Assembly (NCBI GenBank): GCA_902783365.1
Contig: CACZQL010000019.1
Coordinates: forward strand, 1,261-65,260
Direction: 5' to 3'
Source of the DNA: an uncultured Bacteroidia bacterium
GTDB taxonomy: Bacteria > Bacteroidota > Bacteroidia > Bacteroidales > F082
DNA length: 64,000 nt
Position numbers and translations under genes: made by a program. Shown in pieces: positions 54,136 through 63,486 of this stretch. Below the pieces are notes generated by a model that did no database searches, was not told the DNA's origin, and was given only the letters and a program-made list of their open reading frames with translations. Each line of letters opens with the position of its first letter. The stretch's first letter is position 1.

Positions 54136-55407
54136 ATGAGAAGATTCTTGGTCACGCTATTGTTAGGAAGCCTGCTGTTCCTGTCGTTGCCGATGCGTGC
54201 GGCGTATCTGTTGATTCCGATGGACCAGACCCAGACCAACCATTTGAAGGCTTACGGAGTCGCTTTTTTTGTCCTCCAGAGGGAAGTGGAAATCAGCTGG
54301 TTGCTCAACTACAAAGGGGGGAGCTACCTGATTCCTTATCACGAGATGTTTGAGCGGGAATGCAAGATGCGCAACGTGTCGTATCAGGTTGTTGCCGATG
54401 CCCAGGCCAGTGCCATTTTGGCGCAGATCGCCGACCCAGGGGTCAACATGGACGAGATGAAGCTCCAGAAGGTGCCTCGTGTGGCGGTTTATGCCCCCAA
54501 GAACTCGCTGCCTTGGGACGATGCGGTGACGTTGGTGTTGACCTACGCGGAGATTCCCTACGATGTGGTTTACGACGATGAGGTCTTGCAAGGGCTGCTG
54601 CCTTCTTACGACTGGCTTCACCTGCACCACGAGGACTTCACCGGCCAGTACGGGAAGTTCTGGGCCCGATACCACAACTATCCTTGGTATCAGGAAGATG
54701 TGAGGCTTCAGGAAGCCACTGCCGCCCGTTGGGGCTTCAGCAAGGTGTCGCAGCTGAAACTTGCGGTGGCCAAGAAAATCCGAGAGTTTGTCGCGGGTGG
54801 GGGATACATGTTCGCCATGTGCTCCGCGCCCGACAGCTTCGACATCGCCCTGGCCGCTGAGGGACTCGACATCTGCGACTATATGTTTGATGGCGACCCC
54901 ATCCGGCCCGGCGACCCGCAAAGGCTCAACTATGACAACTGCTTCGCTTTCACCGACTTTACCGTTTCCACCAATCCCCAGGAATATGAAGTCTCCAACA
55001 TCGATGTGCCCAACACCCGCTTGAGGACTGTCAACGAGAGCAACGACTACTTCCTGCTGTTCGACTTCTCTGCCAAGTGGGACCCCGTGCCTACCATGCT
55101 CACCCAATGCCACGAAAGGCTTATCAAAGGTTTCATGGGCCAAACCACCGCCTTCCGCAAGCCCGTGGTGAAACCCAGTGTGGTGGTGCTTGGCGACAAC
55201 GCCGCCTTCGACGAGGACCGCTACATCCATGGCAACTTCGGCAACGGTTTCTGGACCTTCCTCGGCGGCCACGACCCCGAAGACTACCGCCACATCGTAG
55301 GAGACCCGCCGACAGAACTCGACATGTATCCCAATTCACCTGGTTATCGGCTGATTCTTAACAATATACTGTTCCCTGCTGCCAAAAAGAAGGAACAGAA
55401 AACATGA
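54136..55407 (+). CDS. Secreted conserved hypothetical protein (possible GATase1/DJ-1-like fold)
   Basis: Signal peptide MRRFLVTLLLGSLLFLSLPMRAA. GGYMFAMCSAPDSF looks like a nucleophile-elbow Cys. I could make no firm family assignment. I preferred the ATG at 54136 over the TTG at 54127. Confidence 0.5.
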   Translation: MRRFLVTLLLGSLLFLSLPMRAAYLLIPMDQTQTNHLKAYGVAFFVLQREVEISWLLNYKGGSYLIPYHEMFERECKMRNVSYQVVADAQASAILAQIADPGVNMDEMKLQKVPRVAVYAPKNSLPWDDAVTLVLTYAEIPYDVVYDDEVLQGLLPSYDWLHLHHEDFTGQYGKFWARYHNYPWYQEDVRLQEATAARWGFSKVSQLKLAVAKKIREFVAGGGYMFAMCSAPDSFDIALAAEGLDICDYMFDGDPIRPGDPQRLNYDNCFAFTDFTVSTNPQEYEVSNIDVPNTRLRTVNESNDYFLLFDFSAKWDPVPTMLTQCHERLIKGFMGQTTAFRKPVVKPSVVVLGDNAAFDEDRYIHGNFGNGFWTFLGGHDPEDYRHIVGDPPTELDMYPNSPGYRLILNNILFPAAKKKEQKT

Positions 55408-55456
55408 TGTAAGCATTTTTTTACACAAAACTTATCGTAGTTTCTGGAAAAAATCG

Positions 55457-55464
55457 TACTTTTG
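55457..55464 (+). promoter_or_regulatory. Bacteroidota -7 promoter box TACTTTTG
   Basis: TAnnTTTG match 30 nt upstream of the ATG at 55494. It is the only such box before or within the C10 gene array. Confidence 0.5.
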
Positions 55465-55493
55465 TCCTCTTTAATAAATAAATCTTTAAGAGG

Positions 55494-58400
55494 ATGAAAA
55501 AAACGATACTTTTGATGTTGTCCCTGCTGATGGTGGCAGGCGGTTTGTTCTCCTGTCCCGTTGACAGGGAGACCGCCATGCAGCTGGCTGGGAAGTTCGC
55601 CGAGAACAAACTCGGTTTCACCCCCCGCGGCGCCTCAGTGGAGGTGCGTTTCAACCAAGTTTACCGTGCTCCCGAAGGCCTCGTCACCATGTATGTGTTC
55701 GATGTCAACGACGGTTACGTCATCGTCGCCGCCGACGACTGCTCACGTCCCATCCTGGGCTATTCGGAGCAAGGCACTTTCAGTTTGGACCATGCCTCCG
55801 ACGGCCTTCTCTTCATGCTGGAGGAGATTTCCAACGGCATCGCGCAGGCCGTCGAAAACCGCCTGAACGCCACGGCTGACATCCAGAACCAGTGGAGAAA
55901 CCTTGCTGAGACAGGACGGCTTCACGCCTCGCGCAACACGGCGGTGGTGGCGCCCCTCATCCAGCAAAAATGGAATCAGGATGCCCCATACAACCTCCTC
56001 TGTCCCTCAGGATGCCCCACCGGTTGTGTCGCCACAGCCATGGCACAAATCATGAAGTACTGGGAATGGCCCCTGACCGGCACCGGAGAACACAGCTATT
56101 ATTGCGCTGGCTATGGCGTTCAGTCCGCCAACTTCGGAGAAACCACCTACCAATGGGCCAACATGCTCGATGTGTATGGAGGCTTCTCCTCTGAAGAGGA
56201 ACGGATGGCCGTCGCCGTGTTGATGTACCACTGCGGCGTCGCCATGAACATGCAGTACGAACCCTCCGGAAGCGGTGCCTTTTCCGCCGATGTGCCTGAG
56301 GCCATCAGCACTTATTTCTCTTATACTGAACATGCCAAACACATCACCAAGAGCGGCTATAACTTCGACGAGTGGCTTTCCCTGCTTAAAGGCTACCTGA
56401 ACCAAATGATCCCCCTGTATTATTCCGGCCAAAGCTCCTCGGGCGGACACGCCTTCATCTGCGATGGCTACGATGTCGATGACCTCTTCCACTTCAACTG
56501 GGGATGGGGCGGCTCCGACAACGGCTATTTCGTCATCGACGGTCCCGATTTCGACTATACGGGAAGCCAAGCCATCGTGGCGGATTTTGTGCCGGCTCCC
56601 ATCTTCAACAAGATGCCACAACCTTCTGAGAATTTGCAAATTACCATCGATAACGACGTCTCCCGCATCGGACACCTCAGCTGGACCAACCCCTCGGAGA
56701 CGGTGCTGGGCACTCCGTTGGAGACCATCGATAGGCTGGAGGTACGGCGCGAGGGTCAGCTGGTGCAGGTGTTCGAGAATGCCACACCAGGCGCTCCTAT
56801 GACCTACGATGACGAAGCCCCTTATTTCGACCAGTTCACCTATACCATCACAGCAGTGGTTGACGGCCTCCATGGTCGCCCCGCCTACGTGAAAGGCGTG
56901 TTCGGCCCCTATTGCGAATGGACCGTCATCATGACCTCTACCGACTTCCACGGATGGAACGGAGGCGGTATCACCGTGCAGAACGCCGCCGGCTCCTATA
57001 TCGACTTCCTCACCACCACCACCGCCACCGCCTCCATGCAGCGCTTCCCCATGGCACTCGGCAACAACAACCTCTATTGGAAAGCCCCCTCCAGTAACAT
57101 CGCTAGCCTGACCTTCAAGGTGAAAGACGCTGAAAACCATGTGGTATATGAGTATTCAGGCCCATCCTCAGACCTTGAGGAGGGACTCCTCAGGACCCTC
57201 AACAACAGCTGCGGCAACGAAAACGTTTGCGAGGCTCCCTACCAACTGAAAGCCGAGGTCGATCCCGAAAACGACAGCAACGTGATCCTCACCTGGGAAT
57301 CCAACCATGAACCGGAATTCGGCTTCTGCATCTACCGCGACGGCATCCTCGTCAATATGGCCCACACCACCCGCTTCGTGGATGAGAACCTCGACCCGGG
57401 CGGACACAACTATTATATCACCGCCCTCTGCATGGGTGGCGAGACCCTTAGCTCCAACGAATACAGCGTCACCTCCGGCACCGGCTACGAAGCCCCCGCC
57501 AACCTCCGGTACCACTACCTGGCCAACGGAAAAGTCATGCTCCGTTGGGATGCTCCAGACAATGAGCATGTGGATGCCTATATGGTGATGCGCAGAACGC
57601 TTGACACCCCCTTTAAACTGAAACAGATTGTCACCGCCACTTCCTATAGAGACAACACCGTCAAGGACACCGTCGTCTATCAATATGCGGTGAAGGCGAT
57701 CTACGACAATAACCATGTGTATTCGGGTTATGCCAATAGCCTTTTCGACGCCGAGAAGTTCTATGTGCAAATCGATTGGATTGAGACCTCGGGCTCGCTC
57801 TTCGCGGCCTTCAACGAGGACAGCACTGCCGTCGCCATGCGATGGGAGCCAGTCTATCATTCCCAAGAATACCATGTTTACCGCAACGACTCTCTGATGG
57901 CGTCGGTGCCAGTCAGCGACGATTGTGTTTACGCCGACACCCTGATGCCGGAAAGCGGTACTCTTTGTTACCGTGTGATGGCCGTGAAGGAAGGGGAGGA
58001 GACGGATGCCACCAACGAGGTGTGCCTCACACTCCCTGAACCGCCCCTGCCGCCCGAGCCTCCCGTCTTGCCCTGCGACGCTCCCTCCAACCTGAACTTG
58101 CAGTCGCACGCCAATCAGCAGGTGACCATCGCATGGACTGCCCCGGAACGTCCCGTTGACTCCTATACGTTGGTTCGCATCGACAACCTGAGCCAAACGG
58201 AAACGACGGTGGAAAACCTCACCGAGACCTCCTACAGCCTGGAACTGGGCCCTGAATATGACCTTACCTTCCAAGTGAAGGCCGTGTATGAGGAATGTGA
58301 GTCGGAATGGGCCCTGACGGCCGACAGCCTCGACTTCATTAGGGTTCACAACCTCGCCCTCCAGGAAAACCTTTCTGGCGTGCGACTCTATCCCAATCCC

Positions 58401-58586
58401 GCTCACAACACCCTCCATGTCGCCACCGACCTCCCCTGCGAGACGGTCGTCTATGACCTCTTAGGCCAGCAAGTGCTTGTGTCGAAATCCAAAGAGCTGG
58501 AATTCAATAAACTTACGAATGGCGTCTATTTCGTGAAAGTCACCACCGAAAAAGGCACTATGGTCCAGAAAATCATCAAGGAATAA
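55494..58586 (+). CDS. Peptidase C10 (streptopain/interpain family) with propeptide, Fn3-like modules and T9SS CTD, copy 1
   Basis: Propeptide YVFDVNDGYVIVAADDCSRPILGYSEQG. QKWNQDAPYN...GCPTGCVATAMAQIMKYWEWP (catalytic Cys). GGHAFICDGYD...FHFNWGWGG (His). CTD VRLYPNPAHN...GVYFVKVTTEKG (58380-58583). Confidence 0.9.
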   Translation: MKKTILLMLSLLMVAGGLFSCPVDRETAMQLAGKFAENKLGFTPRGASVEVRFNQVYRAPEGLVTMYVFDVNDGYVIVAADDCSRPILGYSEQGTFSLDHASDGLLFMLEEISNGIAQAVENRLNATADIQNQWRNLAETGRLHASRNTAVVAPLIQQKWNQDAPYNLLCPSGCPTGCVATAMAQIMKYWEWPLTGTGEHSYYCAGYGVQSANFGETTYQWANMLDVYGGFSSEEERMAVAVLMYHCGVAMNMQYEPSGSGAFSADVPEAISTYFSYTEHAKHITKSGYNFDEWLSLLKGYLNQMIPLYYSGQSSSGGHAFICDGYDVDDLFHFNWGWGGSDNGYFVIDGPDFDYTGSQAIVADFVPAPIFNKMPQPSENLQITIDNDVSRIGHLSWTNPSETVLGTPLETIDRLEVRREGQLVQVFENATPGAPMTYDDEAPYFDQFTYTITAVVDGLHGRPAYVKGVFGPYCEWTVIMTSTDFHGWNGGGITVQNAAGSYIDFLTTTTATASMQRFPMALGNNNLYWKAPSSNIASLTFKVKDAENHVVYEYSGPSSDLEEGLLRTLNNSCGNENVCEAPYQLKAEVDPENDSNVILTWESNHEPEFGFCIYRDGILVNMAHTTRFVDENLDPGGHNYYITALCMGGETLSSNEYSVTSGTGYEAPANLRYHYLANGKVMLRWDAPDNEHVDAYMVMRRTLDTPFKLKQIVTATSYRDNTVKDTVVYQYAVKAIYDNNHVYSGYANSLFDAEKFYVQIDWIETSGSLFAAFNEDSTAVAMRWEPVYHSQEYHVYRNDSLMASVPVSDDCVYADTLMPESGTLCYRVMAVKEGEETDATNEVCLTLPEPPLPPEPPVLPCDAPSNLNLQSHANQQVTIAWTAPERPVDSYTLVRIDNLSQTETTVENLTETSYSLELGPEYDLTFQVKAVYEECESEWALTADSLDFIRVHNLALQENLSGVRLYPNPAHNTLHVATDLPCETVVYDLLGQQVLVSKSKELEFNKLTNGVYFVKVTTEKGTMVQKIIKE

Positions 58587-58608
58587 CAAATAAATCAATT
58601 AATAATTA

Positions 58609-60894
58609 ATGTCAAAATCAACCATGAAAAAACTGCTATGTACGCTGAGCTTGGCCGCGCTACTCGGTAGCGTCATTGCGTCCCCCGTGGATGTCAACCA
58701 AGCCAAAAACTATGGACTCAAGTATGTCCAGCATACGCTCGGTCATCGGGCTGCCGACCTTGAGTTAGTAACTACCAGGACCAACGGACAAGGGGTTCCC
58801 TGTCTGTATGTCTTCAACTATGACCAAGGCTTTTTGGTGGTCTCTGCCGACGACATCGCGTTGCCGGTACTGGGGTATTCGGAAGAAGGCCAGTTCGACC
58901 CCAACAATGTTCCGGACGGATTGGATTATTATCTTGGATTTCTGGCGAATCAAATCAATTATGGTGTTGAACATGGAATGGCCCAGGAGCCTGAATACGC
59001 CGAGGCTTGGGCCAAGTTCTCGTCGGGCAAGGTCGCCAAGGCCACGAGGGGAGTGGGCCCGCTCATCAACCTGAACTGGAACCAGGACTATCCTTACAAT
59101 TATTACTGCCCCACCCACAATTACGGCCCCGGCGGTCATGTCTATGCGGGTTGCGCCGCCGATGCCATGGCCATGGTGATGAAGTATTGGAACTGGCCTG
59201 ACCACGGAGAAGGCACCTATTCCTATAAACCTGAGGGATTCCCCACTCAGTCCGCCGACTTTGAGAATACCTATTATGAATGGGACAACATGCCTGCCAG
59301 CATTTATTCTGGTTCCCCCATCGCTTATATCCAGGCGATTGCCAGACTGATGTCGCATTGCGGCATCTCCATCGACATGCAATACAACTACAACGGTAGC
59401 GGCGCTTTCTCGGAAGATGTGCCTGACGCCATCGCCAACCATTTCAGATACACCCATGACGCCTACCTTGACTATCGCGACAATTACACCAAGACCCAAT
59501 GGGAGGATCTGCTGATTGCCAGTCTTGATCAGGGTATTCCCATGTATTATGCCGCCACTGACGCCTCTCAAGGCGGCCACGCTTTCGTGTGCGACGGCTA
59601 CAATGACAACCGCTACTTCCGATTCAACTGGGGATGGAGCGGCACGGGCAACAACTTTTTCGCCATCGACGCCCTCAATGCCCCCGGCTATGTCTTCAAC
59701 TATAACAACCGCGCCATCTTCAACTTCGTCCCGAACTACCTCTACGACGCTATGGCCCCGGCCATCGAGGACCTCGTGATGTATTGCGAGAACGCCCATT
59801 CCAAAAACATCACCCTGCTCTGGACCAACCCGACCACCTCGGTGACAGGCCAGCCCTTGGAAAGCATCGAGAGCGTGGTGGTGCTGCGCAACGGCACGGA
59901 AATCTATACCTCCAACAATGTCGTCCCCGGCGAGGAAATGTCCTTCAACGACGAGGTGCCTGAGTACGACTGCTACACCTACACCATCTATTATGTTACC
60001 AACGGCCTCAAAGGACGCTTTGCCAGCTTCCAACATCAGTTTGGCCCCACCTGCTCCTGGAAAGTCATCGGCCAAACCACCAACTTCCAAGGTTGGAACG
60101 GCGGCAAGATCCAGGTGCTGAACTCGTTCAACACGGTGATTGACGAAGTGACCCTCACCTCCTCGACACCGGTAAGTCAGGTGGTTGCCATGCCCCAAGG
60201 CGCTGTCACCTTCCGCTGGGTGGCCCCTCTCAACAATGTCAACAACCTGACCATCACCATCAAGAACTCCAGCAACCAGACGGTTTATACCTACACGGGC
60301 GCTTCCACCGGCTTGAATGGCGTGCTCCATACCGACGACAATGACTGCGACGGCTGCCTGCCTCCAACCAATTTCACGGGTGAATACTCCTACGAAGGCG
60401 GTGTGTTCGGTGCCCTGTTGCGCTGGGAGTATGACACCGACCCCCAGTCGTTCAAGGTGTATCGCAGCGAAGATGGCATCCTCTATGAATGCGTCGCCAC
60501 CGTCGATAAAGCGGAACGCCAGTATCTGGATCCGACGTCCGACCCCGGCTATTATTTCTACAAGGTGACTGCCTACCGTAACTATTGCGAGTCAACGCCC
60601 GCTTGGACCCCCAACGAGGAAACCGACTTCGTTTCGGTGGATGTGACTTCCGTATGTGAGGATGACCAACAAGTGCAAGTCTATCCCAATCCCTCAAATG
60701 AGACCCTCTGTGTCGTGGCGGAAAACCTCCGCGAAGTGACCCTCCTTAACGTGCTGGGCCAGACCGTGCTTCGTGTCAAGTCCGAGTCAAACGCTGCGAA
60801 GGTCAACACTTCTTTGGTGGAATCGGGCATCTATACCGTTCAAGTCGTCACTGCTGACGCCGTGATTTCTAGACAGATTACTATTATTCACTAA
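58609..60894 (+). CDS. Peptidase C10 family with T9SS CTD, copy 2
   Basis: The same motif set (LNWNQDYPYNYYCP...GCAADAMAMVMKYWNWP; GGHAFVCDGYN...FRFNWGWSG). CTD at 60673-60891. An alternative start at 58624 (MKKLL) is possible. It lies 22 nt after copy 1. Confidence 0.9.
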   Translation: MSKSTMKKLLCTLSLAALLGSVIASPVDVNQAKNYGLKYVQHTLGHRAADLELVTTRTNGQGVPCLYVFNYDQGFLVVSADDIALPVLGYSEEGQFDPNNVPDGLDYYLGFLANQINYGVEHGMAQEPEYAEAWAKFSSGKVAKATRGVGPLINLNWNQDYPYNYYCPTHNYGPGGHVYAGCAADAMAMVMKYWNWPDHGEGTYSYKPEGFPTQSADFENTYYEWDNMPASIYSGSPIAYIQAIARLMSHCGISIDMQYNYNGSGAFSEDVPDAIANHFRYTHDAYLDYRDNYTKTQWEDLLIASLDQGIPMYYAATDASQGGHAFVCDGYNDNRYFRFNWGWSGTGNNFFAIDALNAPGYVFNYNNRAIFNFVPNYLYDAMAPAIEDLVMYCENAHSKNITLLWTNPTTSVTGQPLESIESVVVLRNGTEIYTSNNVVPGEEMSFNDEVPEYDCYTYTIYYVTNGLKGRFASFQHQFGPTCSWKVIGQTTNFQGWNGGKIQVLNSFNTVIDEVTLTSSTPVSQVVAMPQGAVTFRWVAPLNNVNNLTITIKNSSNQTVYTYTGASTGLNGVLHTDDNDCDGCLPPTNFTGEYSYEGGVFGALLRWEYDTDPQSFKVYRSEDGILYECVATVDKAERQYLDPTSDPGYYFYKVTAYRNYCESTPAWTPNEETDFVSVDVTSVCEDDQQVQVYPNPSNETLCVVAENLREVTLLNVLGQTVLRVKSESNAAKVNTSLVESGIYTVQVVTADAVISRQITIIH

Positions 60895-60910
60895 AAAATA
60901 CTATAAAAAT

Positions 60911-63463
60911 ATGAAAAAAATATTGATTGTAGCGGCTTTGCTTTTGAGCGGTGTCGCTCTGAATGCCAAGCCAGTAGGACTTGACGAGGCCCGAGGGCTT
61001 AGTGAGCGGTTCGTCCAGTCGAACTTCGCACTGAGTCGTCAAAGTACCTCGCTGGATTTGGTCTATTCCATGCCCGCTTTCTATGTGTTCAACGTGGGAA
61101 GCACGGGATTCGTGATTCTTTCCTCCGACGACAGCTACCGTCCGTTGATTGGTTATTCCGACGAAGGTACCTTTAATCCCGATGACATGGCACCTGCCTT
61201 GCGTGACTATCTGGAAGGCTTGAACGCTTACCGTACCCAGCGTGGCACTTTCACTCCTTCTATGGAGGTTGCCAGGGATTGGGAAATGATGCGTCAGACG
61301 GGTCATCCGGTCTCTCGACACGGAGGGCGTGAGGCGACGTATCTGGTGACGACCAAATGGAACCAGAACTACCCGTACAACTATTACTGCCCTGCCGATG
61401 CCGCAGGCCCCGGAGGTCACGCTTACGCAGGCTGTGTCGCTACCGCCGCCGCCCAGCTCATGAAATACTGGGATCATCCCCTGCAAGGCACGGGCAGTCA
61501 TTCTTATACCCCTGAGGACAACCCGCAATACGGGGTGCAGACGGCCAACTTCGGCGAGACGACATACGATTGGGACAACATGCCCAACTCCATCAGCTCC
61601 TCTTCGCCTATCGAGAAGATCCAAGCGGTTGCTTTGCTTATTTATCATGTGGGTGTTTCCGTTGACATGAACTACAAGCCTTCTGGCAGTGGTGCCGTCA
61701 CCAGCCAACTCTGCAACACCATGCCCGCTTATTTCTTCTACACCAACCAAATGCAGAACCTCCCTCGTGAGAACTATACCCACGAAGCCTATATGCAGTT
61801 GGTCATCGACGCCATCGACATGTCGTGGCCTATGGTGCATCGCGGTGGCGGTCACGCCTACGTGCTTGACGGTTACGACGACTACGACCAGGTGCATTTC
61901 AACTGGGGATGGAGCGGCTCAAGCGACGGTTGGTTCAACATCGATGACCATGGCTATACGGATGGTGAGAGTGTGATTTACAACTATGTGCCTGCTGCGG
62001 TGTACAGCGCCACGCCCAAGGCCCCGACCTCCCTCTCGGTGGTCCCCGCCGACGACAATGCCTTGGCCGCCACGGTGTCATGGGTCAATCCCTCCACCAC
62101 ACTCACCAACCAGCCCTTGTCTGCCATCGACCAAGTGGTGGTGATGCGTAACAATGAGGTGGTTTATACCGAGGACAGTGTGGTCCCCGGTGCCACCATG
62201 TCCATCGTCGATGAGACCGTTCCCTGTTTTGATGTGTTCAAATACACAGTTTACACCGTCATCAATGGCCAACGCGGCAAGTCGGTCGTGGCGGATGGGA
62301 TCAACATCGGCCCCTCTTGCGACTGGAATTTCGTGGTAAGCAGCACCAACTTTCTGGGTTGGCGCGGAGGCTATGTCTCCATCCAGAATGCCGCCGGCCA
62401 TGAGGTTGACCGTGTCACCCTGACATCCTCGGCCCCGGCTTCGGTGTCGGTAAGCGTTCCCTTGGGCGGCATCAAGATGCTCTGGTCGGCCCCGACCATG
62501 GCAGGTTCCTTCACCATGACGCTGAATATCAAGGACTCGGAGAACCAGTCCGTTTATACCTATTCGGGCAGTGGCACTGACCTGGCCGCCGGAGTGCTTT
62601 ATGAAGGCAACAACGGCTGTGGCAACACCCCCGATTGCGGCACGCCCTCGAACCTCACGGCGATCCGGAATCTCGAGGACTTGACCTCCATCCGTCTTAG
62701 CTGGACAGGAGTGGAGAATCCCGGTTATGGCTACATGATCTATCGCGACTCGGTGATGTATCGCCTGGTCAACGACGGCAGCACCGAATTCCTTGATGAG
62801 AATGTGCCTCTCGGCGGACATAGCTATCAGGTGGCGACCCTCTGCGAAGGTGGATGGAACGGCATGTTCTCCAACATGGTTTGCGAATCCTCAGGCCCCT
62901 TTTACGCCCCGAACAATCTCCGCTGCGAGATGACCGCGAATTTCAAGTGCAAGCTGATTTGGGACGCCCCGGAGGTCATGGACGGTGTCTCCGCCTATTT
63001 CATCTACCGCAGGACCGATGATACCGAGTTTAAACGCATCAAGATCCTCAGCGTGTCGCACAACGACTTCACCGACAACACTACCCACGTGGAAGGTGAC
63101 TACTATTATAAAGTGGTGTCGTTCTACAACGACTACGAGTGTACCTCGGCACCGGCAGCCTATATCAATGACCCCCATCAGTATTTCCTGCATTTCTATT
63201 ATTCTCCGACAGCTGCCGACGAGCAACTGGCCGATGGCGTGAAGCTGTATCCCAATCCCACCCGCAATCAACTCGTGGTGGAGGCTCAAGGCATGACCCG
63301 CGTGGAGATTTGCAATGTGTTGGGACAACGCATCATGACATGCGCAATCCCGAACGGTGAGGTGAAAATGACGCTTGACCTGCAAGGGTTCGAAAGCGGC
63401 TTGTACATGGCCAGGATCTTTACGGAGAACGGGGTCATGACGAAACAGTTTGTGAAACAATAA
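60911..63463 (+). CDS. Peptidase C10 family with T9SS CTD, copy 3
   Basis: TKWNQNYPYNYYCP...GCVATAAAQLMKYWDHP. GGHAYVLDGYD...VHFNWGWSG. CTD at 63239-63460. It lies 16 nt after copy 2. Confidence 0.9.
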   Translation: MKKILIVAALLLSGVALNAKPVGLDEARGLSERFVQSNFALSRQSTSLDLVYSMPAFYVFNVGSTGFVILSSDDSYRPLIGYSDEGTFNPDDMAPALRDYLEGLNAYRTQRGTFTPSMEVARDWEMMRQTGHPVSRHGGREATYLVTTKWNQNYPYNYYCPADAAGPGGHAYAGCVATAAAQLMKYWDHPLQGTGSHSYTPEDNPQYGVQTANFGETTYDWDNMPNSISSSSPIEKIQAVALLIYHVGVSVDMNYKPSGSGAVTSQLCNTMPAYFFYTNQMQNLPRENYTHEAYMQLVIDAIDMSWPMVHRGGGHAYVLDGYDDYDQVHFNWGWSGSSDGWFNIDDHGYTDGESVIYNYVPAAVYSATPKAPTSLSVVPADDNALAATVSWVNPSTTLTNQPLSAIDQVVVMRNNEVVYTEDSVVPGATMSIVDETVPCFDVFKYTVYTVINGQRGKSVVADGINIGPSCDWNFVVSSTNFLGWRGGYVSIQNAAGHEVDRVTLTSSAPASVSVSVPLGGIKMLWSAPTMAGSFTMTLNIKDSENQSVYTYSGSGTDLAAGVLYEGNNGCGNTPDCGTPSNLTAIRNLEDLTSIRLSWTGVENPGYGYMIYRDSVMYRLVNDGSTEFLDENVPLGGHSYQVATLCEGGWNGMFSNMVCESSGPFYAPNNLRCEMTANFKCKLIWDAPEVMDGVSAYFIYRRTDDTEFKRIKILSVSHNDFTDNTTHVEGDYYYKVVSFYNDYECTSAPAAYINDPHQYFLHFYYSPTAADEQLADGVKLYPNPTRNQLVVEAQGMTRVEICNVLGQRIMTCAIPNGEVKMTLDLQGFESGLYMARIFTENGVMTKQFVKQ

Positions 63464-63486
63464 TTCAATCATAAAAAATCAAGAGA

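Noticed and set aside
55465-55493. A 7-bp inverted repeat (TCCTCTT ... AAGAGGA) just upstream of the first C10 start codon, considered as a possible translational hairpin.
   Set aside because: The stem is short and AT-rich and the loop is 16 nt. Nothing distinguishes it from chance.
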